Notes under the pieces: model-generated
What the model was told of the DNA's origin: nothing
The model's input: the letters and a program-made list of their open reading frames with translations, nothing else
Databases searched by the model: none
Program-made: the position numbers and the translations under genes
In this document: positions 1 through 8,957 of the stretch, one piece after another
Layout: each line of letters begins with the position of its first letter
Numbering within the stretch: position 1 is the first letter of the stretch
DNA from: a virus
Taxonomy: Duplodnaviria; Caudoviricetes
Length of the DNA: 53,393 bases
IMG/VR virus record: IMGVR_UViG_3300031997_000012
Location: 1-53,393 of that record
Strand: one strand, 5' to 3'

Positions 1-332
1 TTTTTCCTAGAACAAGACAAAATCTGTATCTGTCTAAACTTATTAAATAAAGAAGTTTTAAAATATTTATTAAATTCTGTTAACCTTTCAAAAGTAGGAT
101 CCTTAACTCTCCATTTAAATAGACATAAAGATAACGTCAAAAAACCCTCCTCAAAAAAATCCGAAAAAGTATACCTACCCTTCAGTTTAAAAGCAAAACG
201 ATTACCTGCCCAATAAATTAACTTAGAAAAACTTTTAACGATCTGTTCCTCCTTTCTTAAACAAAAGTCAACTAAATGTTCATTCTTAGAAAATCTAACA
301 ACACTATCATACCTTTTTGATACTCTTTTCAC
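1..332 (-). CDS. Sigma-70 region 2-like protein (phage sigma factor candidate), truncated by window edge
   Basis: Not in ORF track. GTG at 332 after GAGGAGG, open to base 1: MKRVSKRY...IVKSFSKLIYWAGNRF...SDFFEEGFLTLSLCLFKW...EFNKYFKTSLFNKFRQI, resembling sigma region 2 (DLxQEG...F.tY...i.N). Confidence 0.6.
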   Translation of the reverse strand, partial: MKRVSKRYDSVVRFSKNEHLVDFCLRKEEQIVKSFSKLIYWAGNRFAFKLKGRYTFSDFFEEGFLTLSLCLFKWRVKDPTFERLTEFNKYFKTSLFNKFRQIQILSCSRK

Positions 333-348
333 TACCTTTACCCTCCTC

Positions 349-1473
349 TCATACTGAATATAACGGACACTGCCTTTCTAAAGAAAGTAACTTGTCCCTA
401 AATTTAGCTAATTTTGAGTTAAACCAAATAGCATTAAAATTTTTGGACTTAACTACATCTAAACCTTCTTTCCAATCGCCAACACCCTCAGAAAAAGAGC
501 AAGGAAAACCCTGCCCTATAGAGTTAATGTAGAAACTCATAAGGGAACTTTCACAAGGTTCGGTAAATGTTACTAGTTTTTCATAATCTTTTCTATCTTT
601 TATAGCACTTAAAAATTTATGACAAGAACAACTATCCATACCTACTGGAATACTGTGTTCAAAAGATAAATTAATTATTTCTTTAAACTGTTCATTTGAT
701 AATGAATTATAGTTTTCTCCTCTCCCTTTCTTTTTTAAAGATAACAAAATAATAGCATTTAACCCTTTTAATCTAGCATCGGTTTTATAATCAATAAATG
801 TTTCTTTAATTTGATCAAATGTTTCCACTGCCACTAATTGATGGATATTGCACTGCTTCATTCCTCTATCTACTAATTTTTTTACTGAATTATAGCAATA
901 ATTTTTATTACTATATCTAGAAACTGCAACTGCTCCCATTACGTTAACCAGTTTATCAGCCACATTATCTGAAATATCTGCCACTGTAATATTAGGTATA
1001 ATTCCGTTATCCCTTGAATATTTAGCCATTTTCCATAAATCAGGATTTGATTCTGCCTGAGCATCTGCACCAAAGGCCAGCTGATTTATTATATTATGCT
1101 CTTTCATCTTATCTATAATAGTTTTAAACATTTCAAAAGACATATTACTTTTATTATTAGGACTATTTGACTTGTAGCAAAATGAACAAGGAATTCCACC
1201 AGGACCTTTACAAATATCGGTTATTTCAATATCTAATATCTCATTAAATGGAGCCATTACAGAATCTTCTTTTAAAGTTCTGCCCCATCTGACAAAAAAC
1301 CCTGTTTTCTTGTTAAAATTATAGTTGTAATCTTTAGAACGAATAATCTTAAAATTAGAATTTTCGTGTATCAGGATACCCTGAATATCCCTTGAATCAC
1401 TAGAAACGTTATTATTCCTTTTACTCGTTACTAGATTCTGTCTTATCCAGGCATATATTTTATTTATCATCAT
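349..1473 (-). CDS. Radical SAM protein with C-terminal SPASM/twitch-like Cys cluster
   Basis: DIEITDICKGPGGIPCSFCY (Cx7Cx2C variant of the radical SAM motif); C-terminal PCESS...PCSF...QCP. Confidence 0.85.
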   Translation of the reverse strand: MMINKIYAWIRQNLVTSKRNNNVSSDSRDIQGILIHENSNFKIIRSKDYNYNFNKKTGFFVRWGRTLKEDSVMAPFNEILDIEITDICKGPGGIPCSFCYKSNSPNNKSNMSFEMFKTIIDKMKEHNIINQLAFGADAQAESNPDLWKMAKYSRDNGIIPNITVADISDNVADKLVNVMGAVAVSRYSNKNYCYNSVKKLVDRGMKQCNIHQLVAVETFDQIKETFIDYKTDARLKGLNAIILLSLKKKGRGENYNSLSNEQFKEIINLSFEHSIPVGMDSCSCHKFLSAIKDRKDYEKLVTFTEPCESSLMSFYINSIGQGFPCSFSEGVGDWKEGLDVVKSKNFNAIWFNSKLAKFRDKLLSLERQCPLYSV

Positions 1474-1829
1474 GCTCCTTTCAAGTACTCTTCAAATAAT
1501 TTGTATGAGCCGAATCGGTCTTTAACTTTCTGTTCAATCTCTTTCTTAGTTAAACCAGATTCTTTCAAGAGATAATTTAGAACAAGATCATTCGAAAGAG
1601 TATCTAAATTACATATAGGACAAAATTCTATGGGAGTAGAATATCTATCATCAAGCTTGTCCTTAAGCTCCTTGTATACGTGACTATCACAAACAGTATG
1701 ACCATTTTTACATACAAACATATATGCATCCTCTAAACATAAATCCCAGTCACTTTCTATATTACCGCACACATGACACATAAAGCTAATCGAACTACTG
1801 TTACTTACAAATCCTGTTCTAATTTTCAT
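1470..1829 (-). CDS. Hypothetical Zn-binding protein with MKIRxGFVSNSSS N-terminus
   Basis: N-terminus MKIRTGFVSNSSSISF; CHVC, CKNGHTVC, CPIC; AAGGAG RBS; stop overlaps the radical SAM ATG (ATGA). Confidence 0.8.
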   Translation of the reverse strand: MKIRTGFVSNSSSISFMCHVCGNIESDWDLCLEDAYMFVCKNGHTVCDSHVYKELKDKLDDRYSTPIEFCPICNLDTLSNDLVLNYLLKESGLTKKEIEQKVKDRFGSYKLFEEYLKGA

Positions 1830-1913
1830 ACTATTCTCCTTTCATCCTATGTTAGACTTCGGTTTAATTTTTCTATAGACCCCCTACAGAATCGATCTAT
1901 CAAACCATCCGCC

Positions 1914-1933
1914 GCTGAGCTCAAACGTTAGCT
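1914..1933 (+). other. Right half of an integron attC-like site (L' GCTGAGC, spacer TCAAAC, R' GTTAGCT)
   Basis: GCCGCTGAGCTCAAACGTTAGCT has the typical attC 3' layout; GTTAGCTTGCA (1927-1937) is perfectly complementary to TGCAAGCTAAC (2030-2040). No matching left half upstream. Confidence 0.7.
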
Positions 1934-2033
1934 TGCAAATACTACGGAAGTTTCACCGTCAGAGCTGGAGTTGTCTTTCAACAACTCAATCCATTTCTGG
2001 ATTACGCTTTATTATTCGGTTGCGTTATCTGCA

Positions 2034-2073
2034 AGCTAACAAATTACTGGATCTGTATAATCAGTTGTTATCG
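2034..2073 (+). other. Short, degenerate attC-like site
   Basis: AGCTAAC-AAATT-ACTGGAT...ATCAGT-T-GTTATCG; L'' has one extra base relative to L', and the right spacer is reduced to 1 nt. Confidence 0.55.
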
Positions 2074-2289
2074 GTGACTGAAATTTATACACTTGTTATT
2101 AGGCATTACATTTATGCTGACTTCATCTGTAGAATACAGATCACAACCATAGAAAATTAAATGCCTACTTGGACCGAGGGTAAACCATGATCGTTCCTTA
2201 CAGACAAAACAACAATCAACCTCCGATAACAAGTCATTCGAGCGGACATTTGATAGTCCGTTATTTTTCTTGGTCTTAGTCTCTTTCAT
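2068..2289 (-). CDS. Cys-rich hypothetical protein carried on an attC-bounded cassette (73 aa)
   Basis: ATG at 2289 with GGAGGGG RBS (preferred to the track start at 2349); reads through the attC left half (NVRSNDLLS); its TAA stop lies in the GTTA core at 2067-2070. Confidence 0.6.
   Translation of the reverse strand: MKETKTKKNNGLSNVRSNDLLSEVDCCFVCKERSWFTLGPSRHLIFYGCDLYSTDEVSINVMPNNKCINFSHR
2224..2247 (+). other. Left half of an attC-like site (R'' CGATAAC, spacer AAGTC, L'' ATTCGAGC)
   Basis: TAACAAGTCATTCGAGCGGAC parallels the classic TAACAATTCATTCAAGCCGAC left arm; CCGATAAC is complementary to GTTATCGG at 2067. Confidence 0.7.
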
Positions 2290-2443
2290 TTCCCCTCCCG
2301 CTATGGTATAACCAATCATTCGAGTTGATGGCCAATAAATATTGGTCACAACTCAATTCTACGTTATCTGATAATGATATTGCATTTGCCACATTTCCAA
2401 TATAGAACAGCGGTTCTGCTTTTTCAAAAGTTTCCGTTTTCAT
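2276..2443 (-). CDS. Small ORF (55 aa) reading antisense through the complete attC site
   Basis: Not in track. ATG overlaps the RNA ligase stop (ATGA) with AAGGAGGTG RBS; MKTETFEKAEPLF...DNVELSCDQYLLAINSNDWLYHSGRGNERD. Confidence 0.45.
   Translation of the reverse strand: MKTETFEKAEPLFYIGNVANAISLSDNVELSCDQYLLAINSNDWLYHSGRGNERD
2306..2369 (+). other. Complete integron attC-like recombination site (64 bp)
   Basis: R'' GTATAAC, 5-nt spacer, L'' ATT(C)GAGT, TG(A)TGGCCAATA-AA-TATTGGTCACA, L' ACTCAAT, 5-nt spacer, R' GTTATCT. Both canonical extrahelical bases are present at the expected positions. Confidence 0.85.
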
Positions 2444-3339
2444 CCTACACCTCCTTTCAGTTCTCGACTTAATTTTTCTTTAAAAAGAATTGCCGTTCTT
2501 TTTCCAACTGCCTTTCTAACTTCTTTAGAATTTATTATTTCATCTACCCCTTCTCTGGATATATCTTCAATCATAGTTTTTATAATAAGTCCCATGTGTT
2601 CTATAGAGACTTCTGTTTGCAGTTCACTTCTCAACTTATCCAAAACATGTTCCAGCCTCATCCGAGTAACCCATTCGATAGCTACTTCATCTGCTTCATC
2701 TAAAATCTTTAATTTATTGCTATCAATAGGACGAGGAGTTTTAGTTTCACTAAACTCTTCATTTTTATACTTAGAAATAACCCTATTACCATTTTTAGTA
2801 AACTCATATAACGGTCTTAAAACAATACCCTCTCTCATTTTCCAGGAATCTGAATTATTTCTATCCGATATACCGTTCCTAAAGGCCTGCTCTGAAGGAG
2901 TTAAACGCTCCTTATCTAAATCTTGAATATCCGTTGTTATTTTCCTATAGTGAACAAATTCTAATCCTAGTGTTAGTGCCACAGATTCAGCATTAGGCAC
3001 ATTTAACCATATTTCGTCAATCCTTACCTCGAAAGCAACAAACTTTAAATTAGGACCGTAAGTCTTACTCATGCCCTGACATTTTCCTCCATAGGCTTCC
3101 CCAAATACAACGATCTCATTCTTGATAAAATTGAAAAGAAACTTTTCTTTTAAAAAATCCTCATTAAATAATAATTTAAACTGTGCGTGATTAGCACCCC
3201 CTGCAAAAAAGCTTAAACTACCATCAGTTTTCCATGAAATATGTGCTGATGTCCCATGTATCTTTTCCATAGCATAGCACTCTTTAAAAAGAAAAATATC
3301 TCTATTTTTGTAAAGATTATCTATTGATAGATAAGACAT
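2440..3339 (-). CDS. RNA ligase, Rnl2 family
   Basis: Nucleotidyltransferase motifs MEKIHGT, VFGEAYG, FVAFEV, REGIVLRP, SKYKNEEFSE, plus a helical C-terminal domain. Confidence 0.85.
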   Translation of the reverse strand: MSYLSIDNLYKNRDIFLFKECYAMEKIHGTSAHISWKTDGSLSFFAGGANHAQFKLLFNEDFLKEKFLFNFIKNEIVVFGEAYGGKCQGMSKTYGPNLKFVAFEVRIDEIWLNVPNAESVALTLGLEFVHYRKITTDIQDLDKERLTPSEQAFRNGISDRNNSDSWKMREGIVLRPLYEFTKNGNRVISKYKNEEFSETKTPRPIDSNKLKILDEADEVAIEWVTRMRLEHVLDKLRSELQTEVSIEHMGLIIKTMIEDISREGVDEIINSKEVRKAVGKRTAILFKEKLSRELKGGVG

Positions 3340-3383
3340 AGTACCTCCTTAAAAGTGATGGAAAATTTATCCACCACTAAAGA

Positions 3384-6128
3384 TCATTCAAATACCTTTG
3401 AAACTAAATCCTTTATTTCTTCTATGCCAACTGGTTTTCCAAGAATATATCCTACATTATACTTTGATCTCTCCTCATTAAAACCCGAAGAGCCCCAACC
3501 AGAAATAACTGCAACCTTCATAGGATATTTATCCTTAATCTCTTCAGCTAATTGCCAACCATTCATCTCTGGCATTCCTATATCCGTAATCATCAAATCA
3601 TACTTATTTCTTCTAAGCAATTCCAGGGCCTCCTTTCCACTACCAGCTACATCACCAGAATATCCCAAAATTTCTAAAAACATTTTACCTATATTTCTCA
3701 ATTCTACCTCATCATCTACCCATAACACTTTAGCAGTTTTAGAAATAGCAGCTTTCTTTTCTTTTTGAAATTTCTTCACTCCTAATGGAAATGTTAACTC
3801 CATTGTTGTTCCTTTACCAATCTCTGAATTTTTAACAAATATTTTTCCACCATGATCTCTAACAATTCCAAAAACAGCACTCATTCCGAGACCCCTGCCT
3901 ACTTCAAAACCTTTGGTTGTAAAGAATGGCTGAAAAATACGTTTTATGATGCTCTCATGCATTCCTATACCAGTATCAGAAATTCTAACACAAATTTCGT
4001 TATCTTCAATACTGGTTTCCAGAACTATCTTTCCACCATTAGGCATTGCTTCAAGCCCGTTCTTAATAACATTATGGAAAACACTAGTAAGTTCCCCTTC
4101 ATTTCCATCAATAAGCTCTATTTTTCCAAATGATTTCTGAATCGAAAATGTCAACCCTTTCTTTTCAGCACTATCTTTCCATAAAGGACGAAGTTGAAGA
4201 GTAACTTCATTCAGAATGTCATGCAAGTCTAAAGATTTATATACATTATTTTGTTCTTTTTGAGCAAATCGTTGAAGCTGCCGAACCCGAGCTGCGGCAT
4301 CCTTAGCCGCTCTTCTAGAAGAGTTGATAAAAGTAACTACTTCTTGAGAAAGATCCGGACTTAGTAATGCCAGATCCAAATTCCCAAAAATCATCTGAAG
4401 ACTATTATTAAAGTCGTGTGCAACTCCTATAGACATTTCCCCAACTGCAGCTAAACGTTCTGATTCCAGCAAAATCTTCTCAAGCTTCTTTTGCTCAGTA
4501 ATATCACGGATAATAACTACATCCGCCAGCTTTCCCTGCAAATGAATGATACTCCCACTTGTTTCAACAACTATTTTTTCCCCACTTTTTTTCACTAAAA
4601 TAATTTCAAATAATGGAGAAAGTTCTTTACCTAACATTCTCTTCTTATATCTTTCTAATACCAATTCCAAACTTTCAGATATAATAAAGTTTTTCAAAGG
4701 CATACCCTTAGCTTCTTCAACTGTATAACCCAACATATTTGTAAAGCCTGTATTTGAAAATTCAACAACACCGTCCTGTAATATCACAATAGCATCATTA
4801 GCTTTCTCAACAACTATTCTATACTTCTCTTCACTCTCCTGTAATGCCATATCAAGTTGCTTACGATCCGTAATATCCATAATAAATCCCTGAAATCCCG
4901 TTAATTCACCATCAGTAAATACTGGCAAACTATGCATACGAATAAAACATCTACTGCCATCACCTCTAAATAAAGAATATTCTGCTGGAGTTGTGACTCC
5001 TCCATTAATAATATTATTTACATTAATTTGCATACGTTCTCGATCTTCAGGTACTATCAAATCAAAACCATTCAGACCTCGTTCAAACTGTTCCTTTGTA
5101 TATCTGAATAACGAAAATGCTTTTCTGTTTACATATATCAATTTTCCGTTTCTATCCATCTCAAAAAGAGTTAAAGGTAATGATTCAGCGAAGTTTTGAA
5201 ACCTCTCTTCTTTTTCATTTAAAATCTTATCGACTTTCAACTTCTGATTAGTAACATCTCTAACAATACCATAAAACCCTATCGATTTACCTAAACTATT
5301 TTTTAGTAAAGATACCGAGGTCTCAACATATCGTTTCATCCCATCTTTTGTAATAATCTCCCAATCGAATTCTTTAGTGGGTTCCCCTGTTTTGTAAACT
5401 TTATTGAAGGCTCGAAACAATTTTTTACGTTCCTCTTGATCTGTGTATTGTTGGTTACCCATACCCATCATTTCATCTTTGGAGTAACCCAACATTCGGC
5501 ACAGAGAATCATTAAAGAAGGTGAAATTACCGGCAATATCCACCTCAAAGTAGCCCTCCTCAATGTTTTCAAGAATCGTTCGATATTTCTTCTCACTTTC
5601 TAACAGAACCCCCTCTACCTGGACTAACTCAGTGACATCATGACCAATACCCCGAAATCCAATTGGATTGCCCTTTTTATCCAGCATTAAAGATGCTGTC
5701 AATTGATGAAAATTATGAGTTCCATCTTTTTTAATCACTTCATAACCAAACTTTCTTACTGATTTTCCTGTTTTATAAATTTGTTCAAAAACAGAAAAGA
5801 TTTCCTTAGCTGATTTTGGAGACATATAGTCTCTGTTGTTCATCCCAATCAGTTCATCCTTAGAATATCCCAGAATATTCACCAATGCATTATTAAAAAA
5901 TACAAAATTACCTTTAAGATCAACCTCGAAATATGCCTCATTTATGCTTTCTAGAAGATTTTGATACTTCTCCTTAGATTCAAAGAAAGCATTTTCCTCT
6001 AAGTTGCGTCGCAAAAGTTCAGTAGCATCATGTCCCATGCCACCAAAAAAATAACACTTCTCATCTTCTGTCTCAAAATATTCTTTAGTAATATTAATTA
6101 CTTTCTTATTTTTGAAATTCAAGTCCAT
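3384..6128 (-). CDS. Cytoplasmic hybrid sensor histidine kinase (4 PAS + HisKA + HATPase + receiver)
   Basis: Four PAS/PAC repeats; H-box GVAHDFNN; N-box NVIKNGLEAM; DTGIGM; FQPFFTTK; GRGLGMS; receiver VDDE...TDIGMPEMNG...GKP; no transmembrane segment. Confidence 0.95.
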   Translation of the reverse strand: MDLNFKNKKVINITKEYFETEDEKCYFFGGMGHDATELLRRNLEENAFFESKEKYQNLLESINEAYFEVDLKGNFVFFNNALVNILGYSKDELIGMNNRDYMSPKSAKEIFSVFEQIYKTGKSVRKFGYEVIKKDGTHNFHQLTASLMLDKKGNPIGFRGIGHDVTELVQVEGVLLESEKKYRTILENIEEGYFEVDIAGNFTFFNDSLCRMLGYSKDEMMGMGNQQYTDQEERKKLFRAFNKVYKTGEPTKEFDWEIITKDGMKRYVETSVSLLKNSLGKSIGFYGIVRDVTNQKLKVDKILNEKEERFQNFAESLPLTLFEMDRNGKLIYVNRKAFSLFRYTKEQFERGLNGFDLIVPEDRERMQINVNNIINGGVTTPAEYSLFRGDGSRCFIRMHSLPVFTDGELTGFQGFIMDITDRKQLDMALQESEEKYRIVVEKANDAIVILQDGVVEFSNTGFTNMLGYTVEEAKGMPLKNFIISESLELVLERYKKRMLGKELSPLFEIILVKKSGEKIVVETSGSIIHLQGKLADVVIIRDITEQKKLEKILLESERLAAVGEMSIGVAHDFNNSLQMIFGNLDLALLSPDLSQEVVTFINSSRRAAKDAAARVRQLQRFAQKEQNNVYKSLDLHDILNEVTLQLRPLWKDSAEKKGLTFSIQKSFGKIELIDGNEGELTSVFHNVIKNGLEAMPNGGKIVLETSIEDNEICVRISDTGIGMHESIIKRIFQPFFTTKGFEVGRGLGMSAVFGIVRDHGGKIFVKNSEIGKGTTMELTFPLGVKKFQKEKKAAISKTAKVLWVDDEVELRNIGKMFLEILGYSGDVAGSGKEALELLRRNKYDLMITDIGMPEMNGWQLAEEIKDKYPMKVAVISGWGSSGFNEERSKYNVGYILGKPVGIEEIKDLVSKVFE

Positions 6129-6238
6129 TTTTTCACCTCCGTTAACACACTAAATAGAAATCCAAAAATCACAACACAAATAGATACACTGATGAAACTT
6201 CCTATAATAAAACCAGCCCAAAATGGATTAAAATTCAT
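6119..6238 (-). CDS. Small single-pass membrane protein (39 aa)
   Basis: Not in track. AAGGAGG RBS; MNFNPFWAGFIIGSFISVSICVVIFGFLFSVLTEVKKWT; overlaps the kinase start. Confidence 0.65.
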   Translation of the reverse strand: MNFNPFWAGFIIGSFISVSICVVIFGFLFSVLTEVKKWT

Positions 6239-6250
6239 AGCTACCTCCTT

Positions 6251-6571
6251 TCATAGATCATGGACAATGGCCCTGCGTGTGAACAAATCAATCATCTCCC
6301 CAAAACATTTTTCACAATACAAACAATCCTCAAACTTTGACAAAGACAACATTTCACCACAACCATCACATCCCTGATTCCTGTAATCATTCGTACCACA
6401 ACACTCAGTCTCAACTTTCCAATCGATAACGCCACCAAATCCATCATCAAAAGAATAATCTACTGCTTCAAGTTGAGTTGGTTTAAGACACTCAAGACAC
6501 ATAACTTCTACTCCTGCCTGATTTTGTGCTGCTATTCGTGATCCTCGATATATCGTTCCAGTCATTACCAT
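6251..6571 (-). CDS. Cys-rich hypothetical protein
   Basis: CLEC, CC, CDGC and CEKC pairs; AGGAGG RBS. Confidence 0.65.
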   Translation of the reverse strand: MVMTGTIYRGSRIAAQNQAGVEVMCLECLKPTQLEAVDYSFDDGFGGVIDWKVETECCGTNDYRNQGCDGCGEMLSLSKFEDCLYCEKCFGEMIDLFTRRAIVHDL

Positions 6572-6616
6572 CTTAACTTTATCCTCCTTTCGGGTTTTTA
6601 TTTTTTAAAAAAGCTT

Positions 6617-6973
6617 CTATTCTACTGCGAAAGAACGTCCAAACCGTTTCTTCACATTTACCAGTCTGCCATACTGGAAATCCTTAAAAAAATGCTTTTC
6701 TATATTAGACGATACTTCGCTCCAGGCAGCATCCACCTCCTTGATAACCTCCGTAGTCCTTATGGCCAACTCCTCAGCTATAAACTTTCCAAGGAAATCT
6801 CTTCTATGCTCACAAAAATAACCATCATCGTGCATACACACTACTCCATATTTCAACCAATCAGTGGGACGAGGTACATCTAAGGAAACAAGATGTGCAA
6901 AATAATCAACTTCTTCCTTCACAGGTAATTCTTCAGCTAACCGAATCTCCCAAGACTCTAAATCTCTAATCAT
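6617..6973 (-). CDS. Hypothetical protein with C-terminal KRFGRSF motif
   Basis: Track ORF 6617-7027; the ATG at 6973 has an AAGGAG RBS. Confidence 0.65.
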   Translation of the reverse strand: MIRDLESWEIRLAEELPVKEEVDYFAHLVSLDVPRPTDWLKYGVVCMHDDGYFCEHRRDFLGKFIAEELAIRTTEVIKEVDAAWSEVSSNIEKHFFKDFQYGRLVNVKKRFGRSFAVE

Positions 6974-7023
6974 TTCTTTTTTCTCCTTTCTTTGGTAGAT
7001 CATACCAGATTCAAATGTAATGC

Positions 7024-8937
7024 TCAACTTCCAAAATAATCAGAATAACTCATTAATTTTACACCAAATTTCTGTGCTTTTTGTAACTTAGAAGAATTAG
7101 AATTAGGATCTTCACACACTAAAATATTTGTTTCTTTACCAACATGATCTACAAATGTATCTCCTTTTTTCTGAATTTCAACTATCAATTCGTTTCTTGT
7201 TTTAGGTCCCTTTCCTGTCATGCATACATTTCTAGCTCCCATTTTAACCTCCTGTGGTTTTTGAATTTTCACTATCTGTAAAAGTTTTTTTACATAGGAT
7301 TTATTTTCAGAAAGATACTCCATTAAATTTCTGCCAATAACAAATGTAGAATCATTAAAATTCAACAATTGTTCCACTGTGGTTATCCCTAATTTTTTCA
7401 TTGCCTTTTCGCCAACGAGGTCAATACCTAATCTATCTACAAACTGTCCTATAGACATATATCTAGTAGAATCAATTTGATTTAAAGCATTTTCTATTTT
7501 TTTAGACCCAAATCCTTCAACGCTTTCAAAATCCTTTGCCTTAAGTGAATAAAGGCTAACTATATCTCTAAGTAATCCAACCTTAAATAGGGCGCGAACC
7601 GATGCTTCTGAAAACTGTTCCATTTCACAGCACTTAACCCAATGAACTATTTTAAGAATCTGTTGTTCTTCACACTCGTCATTTAAACATACCAAATGAA
7701 CCCCTGATTCTAATAGTTTACCACCACAAGACGAGCAACATTCAGGTATAAGATTCGATTTTCTATTACTATCCATAGAAAGATTATTTTTAAAAAATGG
7801 AATAACATCACCTGCTCTTTCTATAAAAATTTTATCCCCTACATTAAGTCTTAATTTCAAAACGTTTTCATAATTATTTAAAGTACATCTGGAAACATTT
7901 GAACCACCTAAAACAACTGTTTTAACTAAAGCTACAGGAATGACTTTACCCTGCCTTGAAACATTCCATTCAATTCCCTCTAAAACAGTTTCTTTACCTT
8001 GCGAAGGTGGTTTTAAAGCCATATTATAGTGATGATGATGAGAAACTTCATACTTAGAATCAATCTCTCCCCAAAACTTATTATTATTTACAGTAAAAAC
8101 TAAACCATCAGATTCATAGTTCCAACTATCCCTTAATTCATTAAGATACAAATTATATAATGCAGTTATAAAATCAGAATTAATTGGCTTTTCAATAGGT
8201 CTTAACATTCTATAGTTTTGCTTCAGACTTTCTAAGCTAAATAACTTCCACCAAACAGTCTCAAAATTATTTTCTATAAGCCATTTCATTTTATAAGATT
8301 CTACACTCGTCAAATATCTCAAATTAAATTCTGTCTGATAAGCTACAAAATGTAGATAACGTAAATCTTCTAATCCATTATCTTTTCTATTAATGAGCCC
8401 AACTGCAAGATTTCTTAACGGCTTATTTTCTGGATTTGATAACAATGTATTTTTAGGAAGATACAACTCTCCCCGAACTTCGATAGGAACCACTCTATTA
8501 ATTTTATTTAGATTAATTTTATTTGGAATATTAGTAAATTTTGAAATGTGAGTAATATTTTGCCCTACATTTCCGTCACCTCTTGTTTTTATCATTACCA
8601 ACTTACCTTTTTCATAAACCACAGAGCACGATAAACCATCAACCTTAGATTGAACGATAAAATCTTCATTCTGAATCTCTATTTTCTTTATCCAGACTAA
8701 AATATCATCAACTGTTTTACCCTTTTGTAAAGATAGCATTGGTATTGCATGCTTTACTTTTTCCTTTATATTTCCAGTACCAACTATCGTAAAATAATCA
8801 TTATCAGGATCTAATCCTCTCAACTCATCCTCAAGATGATCAAATTCATCATCGCTTATAACAGATTTACCTAGATTATAATAAGCATCCTTGCAAGATT
8901 GTAACTTATTTACTATTTGTTGAATTTCTTGTTTCAT
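7024..8937 (-). CDS. ligA: NAD+-dependent DNA ligase
   Basis: YYN...ISDDEFD, H.IPMLSL, KVDG adenylation motif, TRGDG, EVRGE, DGLV, OB fold, Cys4 zinc finger, HhH and C-terminal BRCT. Start set at ATG 8937 (AAGGAGG RBS); the track's 35-aa extension overlaps the tRNA-like element. Confidence 0.95.
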   Translation of the reverse strand: MKQEIQQIVNKLQSCKDAYYNLGKSVISDDEFDHLEDELRGLDPDNDYFTIVGTGNIKEKVKHAIPMLSLQKGKTVDDILVWIKKIEIQNEDFIVQSKVDGLSCSVVYEKGKLVMIKTRGDGNVGQNITHISKFTNIPNKINLNKINRVVPIEVRGELYLPKNTLLSNPENKPLRNLAVGLINRKDNGLEDLRYLHFVAYQTEFNLRYLTSVESYKMKWLIENNFETVWWKLFSLESLKQNYRMLRPIEKPINSDFITALYNLYLNELRDSWNYESDGLVFTVNNNKFWGEIDSKYEVSHHHHYNMALKPPSQGKETVLEGIEWNVSRQGKVIPVALVKTVVLGGSNVSRCTLNNYENVLKLRLNVGDKIFIERAGDVIPFFKNNLSMDSNRKSNLIPECCSSCGGKLLESGVHLVCLNDECEEQQILKIVHWVKCCEMEQFSEASVRALFKVGLLRDIVSLYSLKAKDFESVEGFGSKKIENALNQIDSTRYMSIGQFVDRLGIDLVGEKAMKKLGITTVEQLLNFNDSTFVIGRNLMEYLSENKSYVKKLLQIVKIQKPQEVKMGARNVCMTGKGPKTRNELIVEIQKKGDTFVDHVGKETNILVCEDPNSNSSKLQKAQKFGVKLMSYSDYFGS

Positions 8938-8957
8938 GTTAAACCTCCTTAATAAGA

